Shown here piece after piece: positions 1 to 8,983 of a stretch of DNA of 24,000 nucleotides. A program made the translations under genes and the position numbers. The notes beneath the pieces were generated by a model. That model worked only from the letters and a program-made list of their open reading frames with translations. It was not told the DNA's origin and did no database searches. Numbering within the stretch: the stretch's first letter is position 1; each line of letters begins with the position of its first letter. The stretch is taken from positions 10,012-34,011 of the forward strand of contig JBHJIP010000110.1 in assembly GCA_050043365.1 (NCBI GenBank), in the 5' to 3' direction. Source of the DNA: Leptolyngbyaceae cyanobacterium (lineage in GTDB: Bacteria; Cyanobacteriota; Cyanobacteriia; Phormidesmidales; Phormidesmidaceae).

Positions 1-531
1 GCCTCATTTCGAACGATTTATACACTGCAAGGCATTTTCAAATCAGGTCATAGATCATGCTGGAGCGCGGCCTTTTTCATTTTGCGAATTTGATTGAACT
101 GAAATATTTACTAGTGAACTCTATTACTCAACTGGAATCGCTCAAAAATTGATCAGGCATATCAGAGCTTGAAAAGCTTAGTTCTTGGGACCTTACTGCA
201 AACAGCGGCTATGGCTCGGAGTGTATTTTTGCACCAAACGTTTCTGGATTGATTATTGTCAAAACTTGAATTCTTCTTGGGGGCCGCAGCTTAACTTTAT
301 TTTCTAAAACAACATTCACACTCTAAAAAAGAAATGTGACAACACTGTGACTGCTACGGTGGTGCTTTACATTCCGAAACATGGCTTTTAATCTCTTGGG
401 CCCTAGGGGATCGGATGCTCTGGTTTTCACCGCTGTCAAAGGGCGGTTGATAAGCCTGGTGCCGGAACCGCAATAGCCTTGCTATTTCGGGCTATCATCG
501 CGGTGCCAATTTATTTCCCCTTGGCAGACCC

Positions 532-1914
532 ATGACCCAGATCATGAACGATGTCTTCATTTCCTACTCCCGCAAGGATCAGTCCTTTGTCAGGGCTTTA
601 GATGCGGCGTTTCGGCGGTGCGATCGCGACCCCTGGATCGACTGGGAAGACATCCGCAAAGGCGAAGAGTGGTGGAAGGCTATCCAAAGGGGCATCGAAG
701 GGGCAGATACCTTTGTATTTGTGCTGAGCCCTGACTCCGTTGCCTCTGCCGTGTGCCGCGATGAGATTGAGCATGCGGTGCAGCACCATAAGCGCTTTTT
801 ACCCATCGTCTATCGCGAAGGGTTTGCCATGGCCGATGTGCATCCCAAGATATCCAGCCATAACTGGCTATTCTTCCGGGAAGCAGACAATTTTGAGCAG
901 GCTTTTCAGGACCTGCAAACAGCGCTTGACACCGATTTAGATTATGTCCGTGCCCATACTCGCCTACTGCTGCGCGCCTTGGAGTGGCGCGATAAAGGTC
1001 GTGGTTCTAGCTACTTGCTTCGGGGTACAGATTTGATCGAGGCGGAGCAATGGCTAGTGCAGGGGTCCGCAAAAGCGCCCCAGCCCACTGAACACCACAG
1101 TCAATATATTGCTGCCAGTCACGCAGCTAAAGCCGAAAAGCTAAAAGCCATTGAAAAAGGGCGTCGCACCGTTATTCTCACCACTATCGCCGCGAATCTT
1201 TCCCTGGTGATCTTGGGGGGGATTTGGTTGTACCGCGCCCGTGTCTCAGCCACCCTCGACAACATTCAAACCCTGATGCTGAAGGCTCTGCACATGGCTC
1301 GCGAGAATATTGATGGCGATCAGTTTGCCGATTTGACTGCCCTGCCGCCATCCACAGTCGCTGATCCTGAAAATACTGAGCTTTACATCAACCATCAAGA
1401 CTGGTTGGCCGCTGTGCAGCGGGTTTTTCCGGACACTTTAATTCGCACCTACATTGCTGGCGATGATGACGAGTTGCTGTGGGTCGGAGATGTCACTCGC
1501 ACTGCAAATTGGCGTGACGAGCAAGACTATGATTTCGAAACGCAGTTTTTAGAGCCAGTCCCCGCCTGGGAATGGCAAGAAGATGTCTTAGCGGGGCAGC
1601 AACGGTTTATCCCCCAGTTGCTGGAGCGGAAGGAACCTGCCCAGATGATGAATGGGCAAGAAAGTATCGTCATGCAACCCTATGCATTGCTCCCTGGTAG
1701 CGACGAAAAGGTGATTTCCGCCGCAGAACCGATTCGTGATTCCACCGGCAATATTGTTGGGGCCATTCAGGTGGATTATGCAGAGACAGATTTGTTGGCC
1801 GCAGAGCGAGAAGTGATTCAGGCTCTCCTCGTGGCCTTCGCGTTGATTTTGGGTTGGCAGCTGATTATTAGCTGGATTGTGCTGCGGGTGCTGCGCCCGA
1901 TTGCCGATGGCTGA
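532..1914 (+). CDS. TIR-domain membrane protein: cytoplasmic N-terminal TIR, TM helix, ~200-aa extracytoplasmic domain, C-terminal TM helix
   Basis: The 460-aa ORF starts with the typical bacterial TIR motif DVFISYSRKD...WIDWEDIRKGEEW...FVFVLSPDSVAS-AVCRDEIEHA, which includes a candidate catalytic Glu. Hydrophobic helices are RTVILTTIAANLSLVILGGIWLY and ALLVAFALILGWQLIISWIVL. The domain between them is not recognisable to me. Confidence 0.75.
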   Translation: MTQIMNDVFISYSRKDQSFVRALDAAFRRCDRDPWIDWEDIRKGEEWWKAIQRGIEGADTFVFVLSPDSVASAVCRDEIEHAVQHHKRFLPIVYREGFAMADVHPKISSHNWLFFREADNFEQAFQDLQTALDTDLDYVRAHTRLLLRALEWRDKGRGSSYLLRGTDLIEAEQWLVQGSAKAPQPTEHHSQYIAASHAAKAEKLKAIEKGRRTVILTTIAANLSLVILGGIWLYRARVSATLDNIQTLMLKALHMARENIDGDQFADLTALPPSTVADPENTELYINHQDWLAAVQRVFPDTLIRTYIAGDDDELLWVGDVTRTANWRDEQDYDFETQFLEPVPAWEWQEDVLAGQQRFIPQLLERKEPAQMMNGQESIVMQPYALLPGSDEKVISAAEPIRDSTGNIVGAIQVDYAETDLLAAEREVIQALLVAFALILGWQLIISWIVLRVLRPIADG

Positions 1915-1940
1915 AGTCGCACTTGAGCAAAACCTAGACC

Positions 1941-2234
1941 TTAAGACGCTTTACGGCTCTCTAAGCGAAACAAAAACACCATCAGCGCCACAACGCCAAG
2001 CTGTAATGCCAAATTCGGCAAGGCATGTTCCAGGTCGCGACCACTCAGCACCTGAGCAAAAAAAACAAACCCGCCGATCGCGCCAGAGGCCCCAAAGGCA
2101 CCATACATAAACTTGCGCAGTCCTTTATAGGGGGCTTTTGCCTCAGCCATAAGGCGAGCGTAGCGCTCTGGGCTCATACCAGGGGGAATGCGCTGCTTCT
2201 CTTTTTGGGAAAGGGAATTCTTGGGAGTTGTCAT
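1941..2234 (-). CDS. Small two-helix membrane protein, DUF3493-like
   Basis: The 97-aa ORF has a basic N-terminus (ERYARLMAEAKAPYKGLRKFMYGAFGASGAIGG) and a second helix (NLALQLGVVALMVFLF). This resembles the cyanobacterial/plant DUF3493 pattern as I recall it. The family assignment is from memory. Confidence 0.55.
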   Translation of the reverse strand: MTTPKNSLSQKEKQRIPPGMSPERYARLMAEAKAPYKGLRKFMYGAFGASGAIGGFVFFAQVLSGRDLEHALPNLALQLGVVALMVFLFRLESRKAS

Positions 2235-2344
2235 TGTGCAAGTGGCAGTGCTGGTATCTATCCTGCCACGGGTCGGGAAACCGTTCAGCCTGATCGAGCA
2301 GATGTGAGAAGCTGGGGCCAGCGCGCAATCACCCGAACAGGAGG

Positions 2345-2740
2345 ATGGCTATGAGCTTGATCGGCAACATTGTTTGGCTGATTTTTGGCGGATTTATGGG
2401 CGGCGTTGGCTACATTGTCGGCGGCCTCAGCACCTGCATGACCGTCATCGGTATTCCTTTTGGGATTGAGACCATCAAGGTTGGCATCGCCACTTTCACG
2501 CCCTTTGGTAAGGAGGTGATCGAAGGGCCTAACGTGGGTACGCCCCTGGTGCAGATTCTGAATATTATCTGGTTTGTTTTGTTTGGCTGGGCGATCGCCC
2601 TCAACCATCTGGCTTGGGGCGCATTTTTAGCCGTCACCGTGATTGGCCTGCCCTTTGCCAAGCAGCACTTCAAGCTAATGGTGCTAGCGATTATGCCCTT
2701 TGGCCGCAGCTTGGAGTCGGTGCAAGGACAAACGGCCTGA
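2345..2740 (+). CDS. yccF: YccF-family inner membrane protein
   Basis: The 131-aa ORF shows the duplicated YccF motif (NIVWLIFGGF...VIGIPFG and NIIWFVLFGW...VIGLPFAKQHFKL). AGGAGG at 2339-2344 is better spaced for the second ATG at 2351, so the true start may be 2351. Confidence 0.8.
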   Translation: MAMSLIGNIVWLIFGGFMGGVGYIVGGLSTCMTVIGIPFGIETIKVGIATFTPFGKEVIEGPNVGTPLVQILNIIWFVLFGWAIALNHLAWGAFLAVTVIGLPFAKQHFKLMVLAIMPFGRSLESVQGQTA

Positions 2741-2807
2741 GTCTAAGGATTTCAGCGTTGGCTGGTATCCCACCAACCTAAATACCCTGCTAAAATTTGG
2801 GGGCTAC

Positions 2808-2879
2808 GCCGATGTGGCTCAGTGGTAGAGCACTCGATTCGTAATCGAGCGGTCGCGGGTTCAAATCCCGCCATCGGCT
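2808..2879 (+). tRNA. tRNA-Thr (anticodon CGU)
   Basis: A manual cloverleaf fold works. The acceptor stem is GCCGATG/CATCGGC and the D arm is GCTC-AGTGGTA-GAGC. The anticodon arm is CTCGA-TTCGTAA-TCGAG, giving anticodon CGT. The variable loop is 5 nt, the T arm is GCGGG-TTCAAAT-CCCGC, and the discriminator is T. No CCA is encoded. Confidence 0.9.
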
Positions 2880-3057
2880 TTTGTACGTTTGTACATTCGC
2901 ACGTTAAATGTCGCGATTCGCAGATGTGTGTTTTTCATAGAAAAAGACTGTGGCGGCACGCTTCCAAATATCTCCATCGGTTCTTCTCAAGATCTTCTTT
3001 TTTTATTGGTCTAATGGTCTTGTCTTATCCACTTAGATCGTTACATCTTTAAGATCA

Positions 3058-4137
3058 ATGACTACCGTTCTACAACGTCAAGATACGAACTTGTGGGAGA
3101 GCTTCTGTAATTGGGTTACCAGTACCGAGAATCGGCTCTATGTTGGCTGGTTCGGAGTTTTGATGATTCCTTTGCTAGGAGTTTCTATCACCGTTTTTGT
3201 ACTGGCCTTTATAGCTGCTCCCCCGGTCGATATTGATGGCATTCGGGAACCGCTTTCGGGCTCTTTGCTTTACGGCAACAACATCATTACCGCAGCAGTT
3301 GTACCCTCATCTAATGCGATCGGCCTTCATTTTTATGCGATTTGGGAAGCAGCCAGCCTAGATGAGTGGCTTTATAACGGCGGGCCGTACCAGATGATCG
3401 CCTTCCACTATATTCCGGCTTTACTGTGTTATGTGGGCCGAGAGTGGGAGCTGAGCTATCGCCTAGGTATGCGACCCTGGATCTGTGTGGCTTATTCTGC
3501 ACCAGTCGCGGCAACTAGCTCAGTATTTCTGATTTATCCCATTGGACAGGGCAGTTTCTCTGATGGCCTACCGATGGGGATTAGCGGAACCTTCAATTTT
3601 ATGTTCGTCTTCCAGGCTGAACATAATATTTTGATGCATCCGTTTCACATGCTAGGGGTTGCCGGGGTACTCGGAGGATCTCTGTTCTGTGCAATGCATG
3701 GCTCCTTGGTAACCTCAAGCCTGATTCGAGAGACCACTGAAACTCAGTCCCAAAATGATGGCTATAAGTTTGGCCAAGAGGAAGAAACCTACAACATTCT
3801 GGCAGCACACGGCTATTTTGGCCGTTTGATCTTTCAATATGCCAGCTTTAACAATTCTCGCTCGTTACACTTTTTCCTAGCCGCCTGGCCAGTCATTTGT
3901 ATCTGGTTTGTGGCACTAGGCATTAGCACAATGGCATTCAACCTCAATGGCTTCAACTTTAATCACTCGGTTTTGGATTCTCAGGGTCGAGTCTTGCCGA
4001 GTTGGGCCGATGTGCTCAACCGGGCCAATTTGGGCTTTGAGGTTTTGCATGAGCGGAATGCCCACAATTTCCCCCTAGATTTGGCGAGTGCACCGGCGAT
4101 TCCAGTAGCCTATCAAGTGTCTGAAGTTCAGGCTTGA
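3058..4137 (+). CDS. psbA3: Photosystem II D1 protein, far-red-light paralog (PsbA3-type)
   Basis: The 359-aa ORF aligns with D1 end to end. YZ (LIYPIGQG), D170 (GSFSDG), E189/H190 ([12 protein letters not shown]) and [13 protein letters not shown]|S (H332, E333, H337, D342, A344 plus the processing site) are all present. It differs from standard D1 at AFHYIPALL (F->Y) and PVAATSS (A->T), and it sits inside the FaRLiP cluster. Confidence 0.9.
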   Translation: MTTVLQRQDTNLWESFCNWVTSTENRLYVGWFGVLMIPLLGVSITVFVLAFIAAPPVDIDGIREPLSGSLLYGNNIITAAVVPSSNAIGLHFYAIWEAASLDEWLYNGGPYQMIAFHYIPALLCYVGREWELSYRLGMRPWICVAYSAPVAATSSVFLIYPIGQGSFSDGLPMGISGTFNFMFVFQAEHNILMHPFHMLGVAGVLGGSLFCAMHGSLVTSSLIRETTETQSQNDGYKFGQEEETYNILAAHGYFGRLIFQYASFNNSRSLHFFLAAWPVICIWFVALGISTMAFNLNGFNFNHSVLDSQGRVLPSWADVLNRANLGFEVLHERNAHNFPLDLASAPAIPVAYQVSEVQA

Positions 4138-4169
4138 TATCACTTTTGACTGTTACACGCGCCAAGCAG

Positions 4170-4205
4170 ACAGCGCTTTCCTGAGAAGAAAGCGCTGTTT
4201 TTTTA
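4170..4205 (+). terminator. Rho-independent terminator after psbA3
   Basis: The stem ACAGCGCTTTC / GAAAGCGCTGT has a 7-nt loop and is followed by TTTTTTTAT, 33 nt after the psbA3 stop. Confidence 0.8.
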
Positions 4206-4496
4206 TGGTGGCTAAAGCCCTTCAAACGGTCGTCGTGACTCAGTCGTTAGCGTCAACATCAAGGCCTTATAGAGTGCTTACGGCCCCCTGCAACACTGTT
4301 CATGGATAGCGACCTAACTTATGCCTCAAATGTTGACTAAAGATTCGGTTGGCTCAGGCGATCGCCAGAAAGAGCAATAGCAGATCGCTCTACCAGGCCT
4401 CAAGATTCGTTGAATCATGGAGGTATCTTTGGCGCGATCGCACACTTCTCAAATAGGCAGGAATTGCTTTGTCATAGCATTCGGGTGAGTCAAGCT

Positions 4497-4523
4497 CATA
4501 AAAAAGCCCTCTTGACGAGGGCT
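4497..4523 (-). terminator. Rho-independent terminator ending the minus-strand psbD3...ycf35-like transcription unit
   Basis: The minus strand reads AGCCCTC-GTCAA-GAGGGCT followed by TTTTTTAT. It lies downstream of the ycf35-like gene and of repeat copy 1. Confidence 0.7.
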
Positions 4524-4556
4524 GAGGTATTCGCTCAAACAACTTTTGAAAAGGGT

Positions 4557-4716
4557 CTAGGGCTTGTGGACAATCAGCGGCGAAATCCTCTCTGGGTAAG
4601 CCTGACCACGCCCGCTCCGACAAATCAAGCTAGGAGCTGTAACCGTTGCACCCCTGAGATTCCAAACCGTGAATCTTAAACCCCAGTCGGAGATCTTGAC
4701 GCCGCCTGTGACTAGC
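4557..4716. repeat. MITE-like element, copy 1 (left arm conserved, right arm diverged or expanded)
   Basis: Positions 4557-4645 (CTAGGGCTTGTGGACAATCAGCGG...AATCAAGCTAGGAGCTGTAACC) align with 14043-14130 and 17318-17401 at roughly 80-85% by eye. A possible degenerate right end (TGTGACTAGCCCC) overlaps the stop codon of the ycf35-like gene. The right boundary is uncertain. Confidence 0.6.
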
Positions 4717-5095
4717 CCCAACGCTGCACTAATAGGCAAATAGAGCCGTCTTTGCGCTGTTGCTGATCAGCCACTTCAAACCCCCGCTGCGCGGTCTCAT
4801 GCAGGATGGTGTGGTAGGCATAGCGTTGGGTGATGAGCTGCAAAAACCCATCCACCGACAGGGGCTGCTGCCAGAACTGCAAATCCGACACCAGGGCATA
4901 TTCCTGACCATTCCAGGCGAAGCCGATATCATGCTGATTGGACTGTTCAATCACTAGATCAACGCTGCAGGTTTGGCCTTGATAACCTCTGACCTTGGCG
5001 GGGCCAGATTGCCATTCGATATCTAGATCCGTTAAAGCTAATTGCAGGACTTCCAGATTGCGCAGGCGAGTTTTGATGTGACTGAAGTGAGACAT
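4712..5095 (-). CDS. ycf35: Ycf35 / DUF1257-family protein
   Basis: The 127-aa ORF starts MSHFSHIKTRLRNLEVLQLALTDLDIEW and contains YQGQT...DIGFAWNG.EYALVSDLQFWQQPLSV...QRYAY. This matches the Ycf35/DUF1257 pattern as I recall it. Confidence 0.7.
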   Translation of the reverse strand: MSHFSHIKTRLRNLEVLQLALTDLDIEWQSGPAKVRGYQGQTCSVDLVIEQSNQHDIGFAWNGQEYALVSDLQFWQQPLSVDGFLQLITQRYAYHTILHETAQRGFEVADQQQRKDGSICLLVQRWG

Positions 5096-5143
5096 GATGA
5101 ACCTTGCAAAACGACAGACTTTTAGGTGCCGTTCAGGAGGGCA

Positions 5144-5290
5144 CTATTCTCGATCTATGGGATAGGTTTTGTAGGAATAAATCCCAAAAGCCAGGCAGCC
5201 AATGAGCAACACAATGAGTGCTGAAACAATGCCACTAGCAGTAGAGCTAAAGTCACCTTCTCCGTAAGCCAAATAGAAAATATTCAGCAT
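5144..5290 (-). CDS. Unannotated 48-aa single-TM protein, below the ORF-track length cutoff
   Basis: My translation is MLNIFYLAYGEGDFSSTASGIVSALIVLLIGCLAFGIYSYKTYPIDRE*. The ATG at 5290 is preceded by GGAGGTAAAA (SD ending 5 nt upstream). There is one clear TM helix. The ORF lies between psbH2 and the ycf35-like gene on the same strand. Confidence 0.5.
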   Translation of the reverse strand: MLNIFYLAYGEGDFSSTASGIVSALIVLLIGCLAFGIYSYKTYPIDRE

Positions 5291-5342
5291 TTTTACCTCC
5301 ATGAACAGATCAGAAATCGCTGAATTCAGTACCTGATTAGGC

Positions 5343-5564
5343 TTAATCTAAGTCAAATACCGGTGTCATATCGAACTCGTTTAACAGGATGGTGCCGTTG
5401 TAAAGCTGCAAAATAATCAGGATAAACAGCAGCAGTGCTACCAGCAGGGCAGCCATGATGGGGGTAGTACCCCAGCCCGGTGTAACTCGACCGGCCTCAG
5501 AATTAAAGGCTCGCAGGGCATATTGCAAAGGAGCTACTTTTTTAGAAACGTATTTTTGCTGCAT
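5343..5564 (-). CDS. psbH2: Photosystem II PsbH, far-red paralog
   Basis: The 73-aa ORF contains NSEAGRVTPGWGTTPIMAALLVALLLFILIILQLYN. Canonical PsbH has [36 protein letters not shown]. Confidence 0.9.
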   Translation of the reverse strand: MQQKYVSKKVAPLQYALRAFNSEAGRVTPGWGTTPIMAALLVALLLFILIILQLYNGTILLNEFDMTPVFDLD

Positions 5565-5734
5565 GGGTGATAGTCTTCCGGTTTAGAAATGCTTAAATTT
5601 GGGCTTCCGACAACGCATTTTTGATGCAAATTGCTAGGAATAAATGCATTTGAAAAGCTGGTTTCAATAGTGGGGAATCAGGTATACCATCCCATCAAAA
5701 GAGCTGTTGACCACAGTGGCTTTTCAAGGTTGTC

Positions 5735-5765
5735 ATCGGGGCAGGACGCAATAGGCTGCCCCGAT
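5735..5765 (-). other. Perfect 10-bp stem-loop 15 nt after the psbB2 stop
   Basis: ATCGGGGCAG / CTGCCCCGAT flank an 11-nt loop. No U-tract follows on the minus strand, so this looks more like an mRNA stability or processing hairpin than a strong terminator. Confidence 0.4.
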
Positions 5766-5779
5766 CAACGGTTACCCCA

Positions 5780-7312
5780 TCAAGTCGTGGGGGCTTGGCG
5801 AGTGGTGGGATCGCCGACCTTGCTGAAATAGCCCCACTCCACCTGTTCTGCGCTCAACTCTGGATCAATCCCCGAGAAGACATCTTGGAACAGGGCTCGC
5901 AGTCCGTGCCAGATATGGCCAAAGAACCAGACCAAAGCAAAACAGGCATGGAAAAAAGCGAAGAAGCCGCGATTGCTGGTGCGGATAGCACCGTCGGAGT
6001 TGTATACAGTGCGGTCAAACTCAAAGGGTTCGCCCAACTGCGCTTTGCGCGCATACTGCTTGACCTTTTGCGGTTCGGTAAAGGTCTGCCCATCGAGCTG
6101 GCCGCCGAAAAAGCTGACCGTTACGCCCGTTTGTTCAAATCCGTATTTGGCCTCCGATCGCCGGAACGGAATATCAGCTCGAACGATGCCCTGGCGATCA
6201 GTTAACACCACCGGGAAGTTTTCAAAGAAGTTAGGCATGCGCCTGACCTCTAGCTCCCGACCTTCTTTATCTTTAAAGATCGGGTGCCCCAGCCAGCCAG
6301 CGGCAAGGCCATCGCCATCAACCATGCGACCGACGCGGAACAACCCCCCTTTGGCTGGGCTATTGCCTACATAGTCGTAGAAGGCGAGCTTTTGCGGAAT
6401 GGCCGCCCAGGCATCCGTTAGGCTTTGCCCAGCAGCTTCAGCGGCATGGACGCGGCGCTCGATTTCTTCGTGAAAATAGCCCTTGTCCCAGTGGTAGCGG
6501 GTTGGTCCCCACAGCTCAATCGGGGTAGTGGCCGTGCCGTACCACATGGTCCCGGCGGCGATAAAGCCCCCGGCAAAGAAGACCGCCAGGCCACTGGCCA
6601 GAGCCCCTTCGATATTCCCCATGCGGAGGGCTTTATAGAGATATTCGGGCGGCCGCACCAGGATATGGAACAGCCCGCCAAGGATGGCTACGATGCCCGC
6701 CGCAATATGGTGGGCTACCACCCCGCCGGGATTTTGCGGATTGAAGCCAGCGGCACCCCATTCGGGGGCAACGCCTTGGATATGGCCCGTTAGTCCATAG
6801 GGGTCAGAGACCCACATGCCAGGACCAAAGACCCCGGTTAGGTGAAAGGCTCCAAAGCCGAAACACAGCAGCCCTGCCAGTAGTAAATGAATACCGAAGA
6901 CCTTAGGCAAGTCGATGATGGGCTCATCGGTTTTAGGATCGAAGAATGTGGCAACATCCCAGTACACCCAGTGCCAGCAGGCGGCTAGGAATTCTAAGCC
7001 GGAGAACACAATGTGGGCGATCGCGACGGTTTCAAACGTCCAAAAGCCGGGGTCGGTAAAGGTTTCACCCGTGATGCTCCAACCTTGCCAGGAGTTGGTG
7101 ACGCCCAGGCGAGCCACAAAGGGCATCAAAAAGCTCCCTTGCCGCCACATGGCATTGAGGACGGGGTCGGTGGGGTCGTAGCGCGCCAGCTCAAATAGCA
7201 GCATGGAGCCAGCAAATCCGGCGCATAGGGCATTGTGCATCAGATGCACCGCCAGCAGTCGGCCCGGATCGTTGAGGACAGAAGTATGGACGCGGTACCA
7301 AGGCAGTCCCAT
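5780..7312 (-). CDS. psbB2: Photosystem II CP47, far-red paralog
   Basis: Homology to PsbB runs from [10 protein letters not shown] to the C-terminus. The track ORF starts at 7342, but the conserved N-terminus begins at the ATG at 7312, which is preceded by AAGGAGAAG. This gives 510 aa. Confidence 0.92.
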   Translation of the reverse strand: MGLPWYRVHTSVLNDPGRLLAVHLMHNALCAGFAGSMLLFELARYDPTDPVLNAMWRQGSFLMPFVARLGVTNSWQGWSITGETFTDPGFWTFETVAIAHIVFSGLEFLAACWHWVYWDVATFFDPKTDEPIIDLPKVFGIHLLLAGLLCFGFGAFHLTGVFGPGMWVSDPYGLTGHIQGVAPEWGAAGFNPQNPGGVVAHHIAAGIVAILGGLFHILVRPPEYLYKALRMGNIEGALASGLAVFFAGGFIAAGTMWYGTATTPIELWGPTRYHWDKGYFHEEIERRVHAAEAAGQSLTDAWAAIPQKLAFYDYVGNSPAKGGLFRVGRMVDGDGLAAGWLGHPIFKDKEGRELEVRRMPNFFENFPVVLTDRQGIVRADIPFRRSEAKYGFEQTGVTVSFFGGQLDGQTFTEPQKVKQYARKAQLGEPFEFDRTVYNSDGAIRTSNRGFFAFFHACFALVWFFGHIWHGLRALFQDVFSGIDPELSAEQVEWGYFSKVGDPTTRQAPTT

Positions 7313-7452
7313 CAGGGTCTTCTCCTTGCGTGAGGTGAACATTTAGAAAGGGTGAGACGGGTCAGGCATCCTCGACTGACACTTAGGTCAATGCCGACCC
7401 GTGACGGCGAACATGGCTCACCCATCTATCAAGACGGGTGGCAGGTCTGGCG

Positions 7453-8901
7453 CTAACGCAGACTGGGATCAATCGGCGGCATCGACAGCACTGGTTCGTT
7501 TTCGCGATCGAGGCCGGTTTCAAAGCCAGCAGCCGTGGCCCGAGCTCGGCCCGCGTGCCAGAGATGTCCCACTAAGAAAAAGAAGGCAAAGATAAAGTGG
7601 GCGGAGGCCAGCCAGGTCCGGGGGGAGACATAGTTAAAGGCATTCGTTTCAGTCGCCAGCCCTGCCACCGAGTTCAGAGAACCGATCGGGGCATGGGTCA
7701 TGTATTCCGCCGCTTGCCGTAACTGCCAGGGTTGAATATCGTGCCTGATTTTTTCCAGATCCAGGCCATTGGAGCCTCGCAACGGTTCTAACCAAGGGGC
7801 ACGAGTCGACCAAAAGCGCATGGTTTCACCGCCGAAAATGATTTCTCCCGTGGGCGATCGCTGCAAGTATTTACCGAGGCCGGTCGGCCCCTGAGCCGAC
7901 GCCACCTCAGCCCCCAGATTTTGGTCGCGGGCTAAAAATACCAGCGATTGGGCCTGGGAAGCTTCGGGCACTGTCGGCCCATAGAACACGCTGGGATAAG
8001 CGGTATTGCTAAACCAGATAAAGGCGGTGGCGATAAAGGCTTGACCGGCGACATTGCCCAAACTCTGAGAGAGGTACGTCTCGCCTGTCCAGGGATAGAG
8101 GTTATCGGTCCAGCGCAGGGGCGGCACGAGAATGTGCCAGATGCCCCCAATCACCAGCAAGCTACCAATCCAAATATGACCGCCGATAACATCTTCTAAG
8201 TTATTGACGCCGACAATCCAGCCACTACCGCCAGTGGGCAGGCGCAGCAGGTAGCCAAAAATAATGCGGGGGTCGAGGGTGGGGCTCGTGATCAGTCGCA
8301 CGTCGCCGCCCCCCGGTGCCCAGGGGTCATACAGCCCGCCCCAAAACATCGCTTTGCAGACAAACAGCAGGGCAAAGATCCCCAACATGAGGATATGGAA
8401 GCCGAGAATCTGAGCGACCTTGGCGCGATCGGTCCAGTCAAACTCAAAAAAGCCCGAGAGTTTCTCGGGACCTTTGATGGTGTGATAAATACCACCCGCG
8501 CCTAGGACGGCAGAGCCAATCAGGTGGGCAACCCCAATGGCGAAAAAGGGAAAAATATTAGTGACCGCCCCCCCTTGACCGACCCCAAAGCCCAGGGTCG
8601 CAATGTGGGGCATGAGAATGCAGCCCTGCTCATACATCGGTTTAGACAGGTTGTAATGAGACACCTCAAACAAGAGCATGCCACCTGCCCAAAAGGCGAT
8701 CAGGCCCGCATGGGCGATGTGGGCTCCGAGAAACCGTCCGGTTAACTCAGGGGTAATGAACCGGGCATTTCCCGCCCACCAGGCAAACCCACTGGACTCT
8801 TCGTCGTAGCCAGGGCTGGCCGGGGCCAAGATGGAGCCTTCTTCAGCCAGCGATCGACTCGCTGGCGAGATATCGGGAATCGTTTCGATCGGTGTTTCCA
8901 T
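7453..8901 (-). CDS. psbC2: Photosystem II CP43, far-red paralog
   Basis: The 482-aa ORF contains [11 protein letters not shown]...[21 protein letters not shown]...[21 protein letters not shown]. An in-frame TAA two codons upstream of the ATG fixes the start, so there is no overlap with psbD3. Confidence 0.92.
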   Translation of the reverse strand: METPIETIPDISPASRSLAEEGSILAPASPGYDEESSGFAWWAGNARFITPELTGRFLGAHIAHAGLIAFWAGGMLLFEVSHYNLSKPMYEQGCILMPHIATLGFGVGQGGAVTNIFPFFAIGVAHLIGSAVLGAGGIYHTIKGPEKLSGFFEFDWTDRAKVAQILGFHILMLGIFALLFVCKAMFWGGLYDPWAPGGGDVRLITSPTLDPRIIFGYLLRLPTGGSGWIVGVNNLEDVIGGHIWIGSLLVIGGIWHILVPPLRWTDNLYPWTGETYLSQSLGNVAGQAFIATAFIWFSNTAYPSVFYGPTVPEASQAQSLVFLARDQNLGAEVASAQGPTGLGKYLQRSPTGEIIFGGETMRFWSTRAPWLEPLRGSNGLDLEKIRHDIQPWQLRQAAEYMTHAPIGSLNSVAGLATETNAFNYVSPRTWLASAHFIFAFFFLVGHLWHAGRARATAAGFETGLDRENEPVLSMPPIDPSLR

Positions 8902-8983
8902 CGGGGGTTAACCTCTGCAAAAACTATGGGGTGTGAATGAGATGCGCGATATCGCATCCCATCCCGTCTTGACGACAGCGGCT

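Noticed and set aside
2881-2909. Candidate psbA3 promoter (TTGTAC - 17 nt - TTAAAT) and the TGTAC-N4-GTACA palindrome just after tRNA-Thr
   Set aside because: The hexamers match the consensus at only 4/6 each, and the position is about 150 nt from the ATG. Without TSS data this cannot be supported, and the palindrome could equally be a tRNA 3'-processing or termination hairpin.
2822-3052. 76-aa plus-strand ORF
   Set aside because: Its 5' end is the tRNA-Thr gene itself (MVEHSIRNRAVAGSNPA is translated tRNA sequence). The remainder is the psbA3 upstream region.
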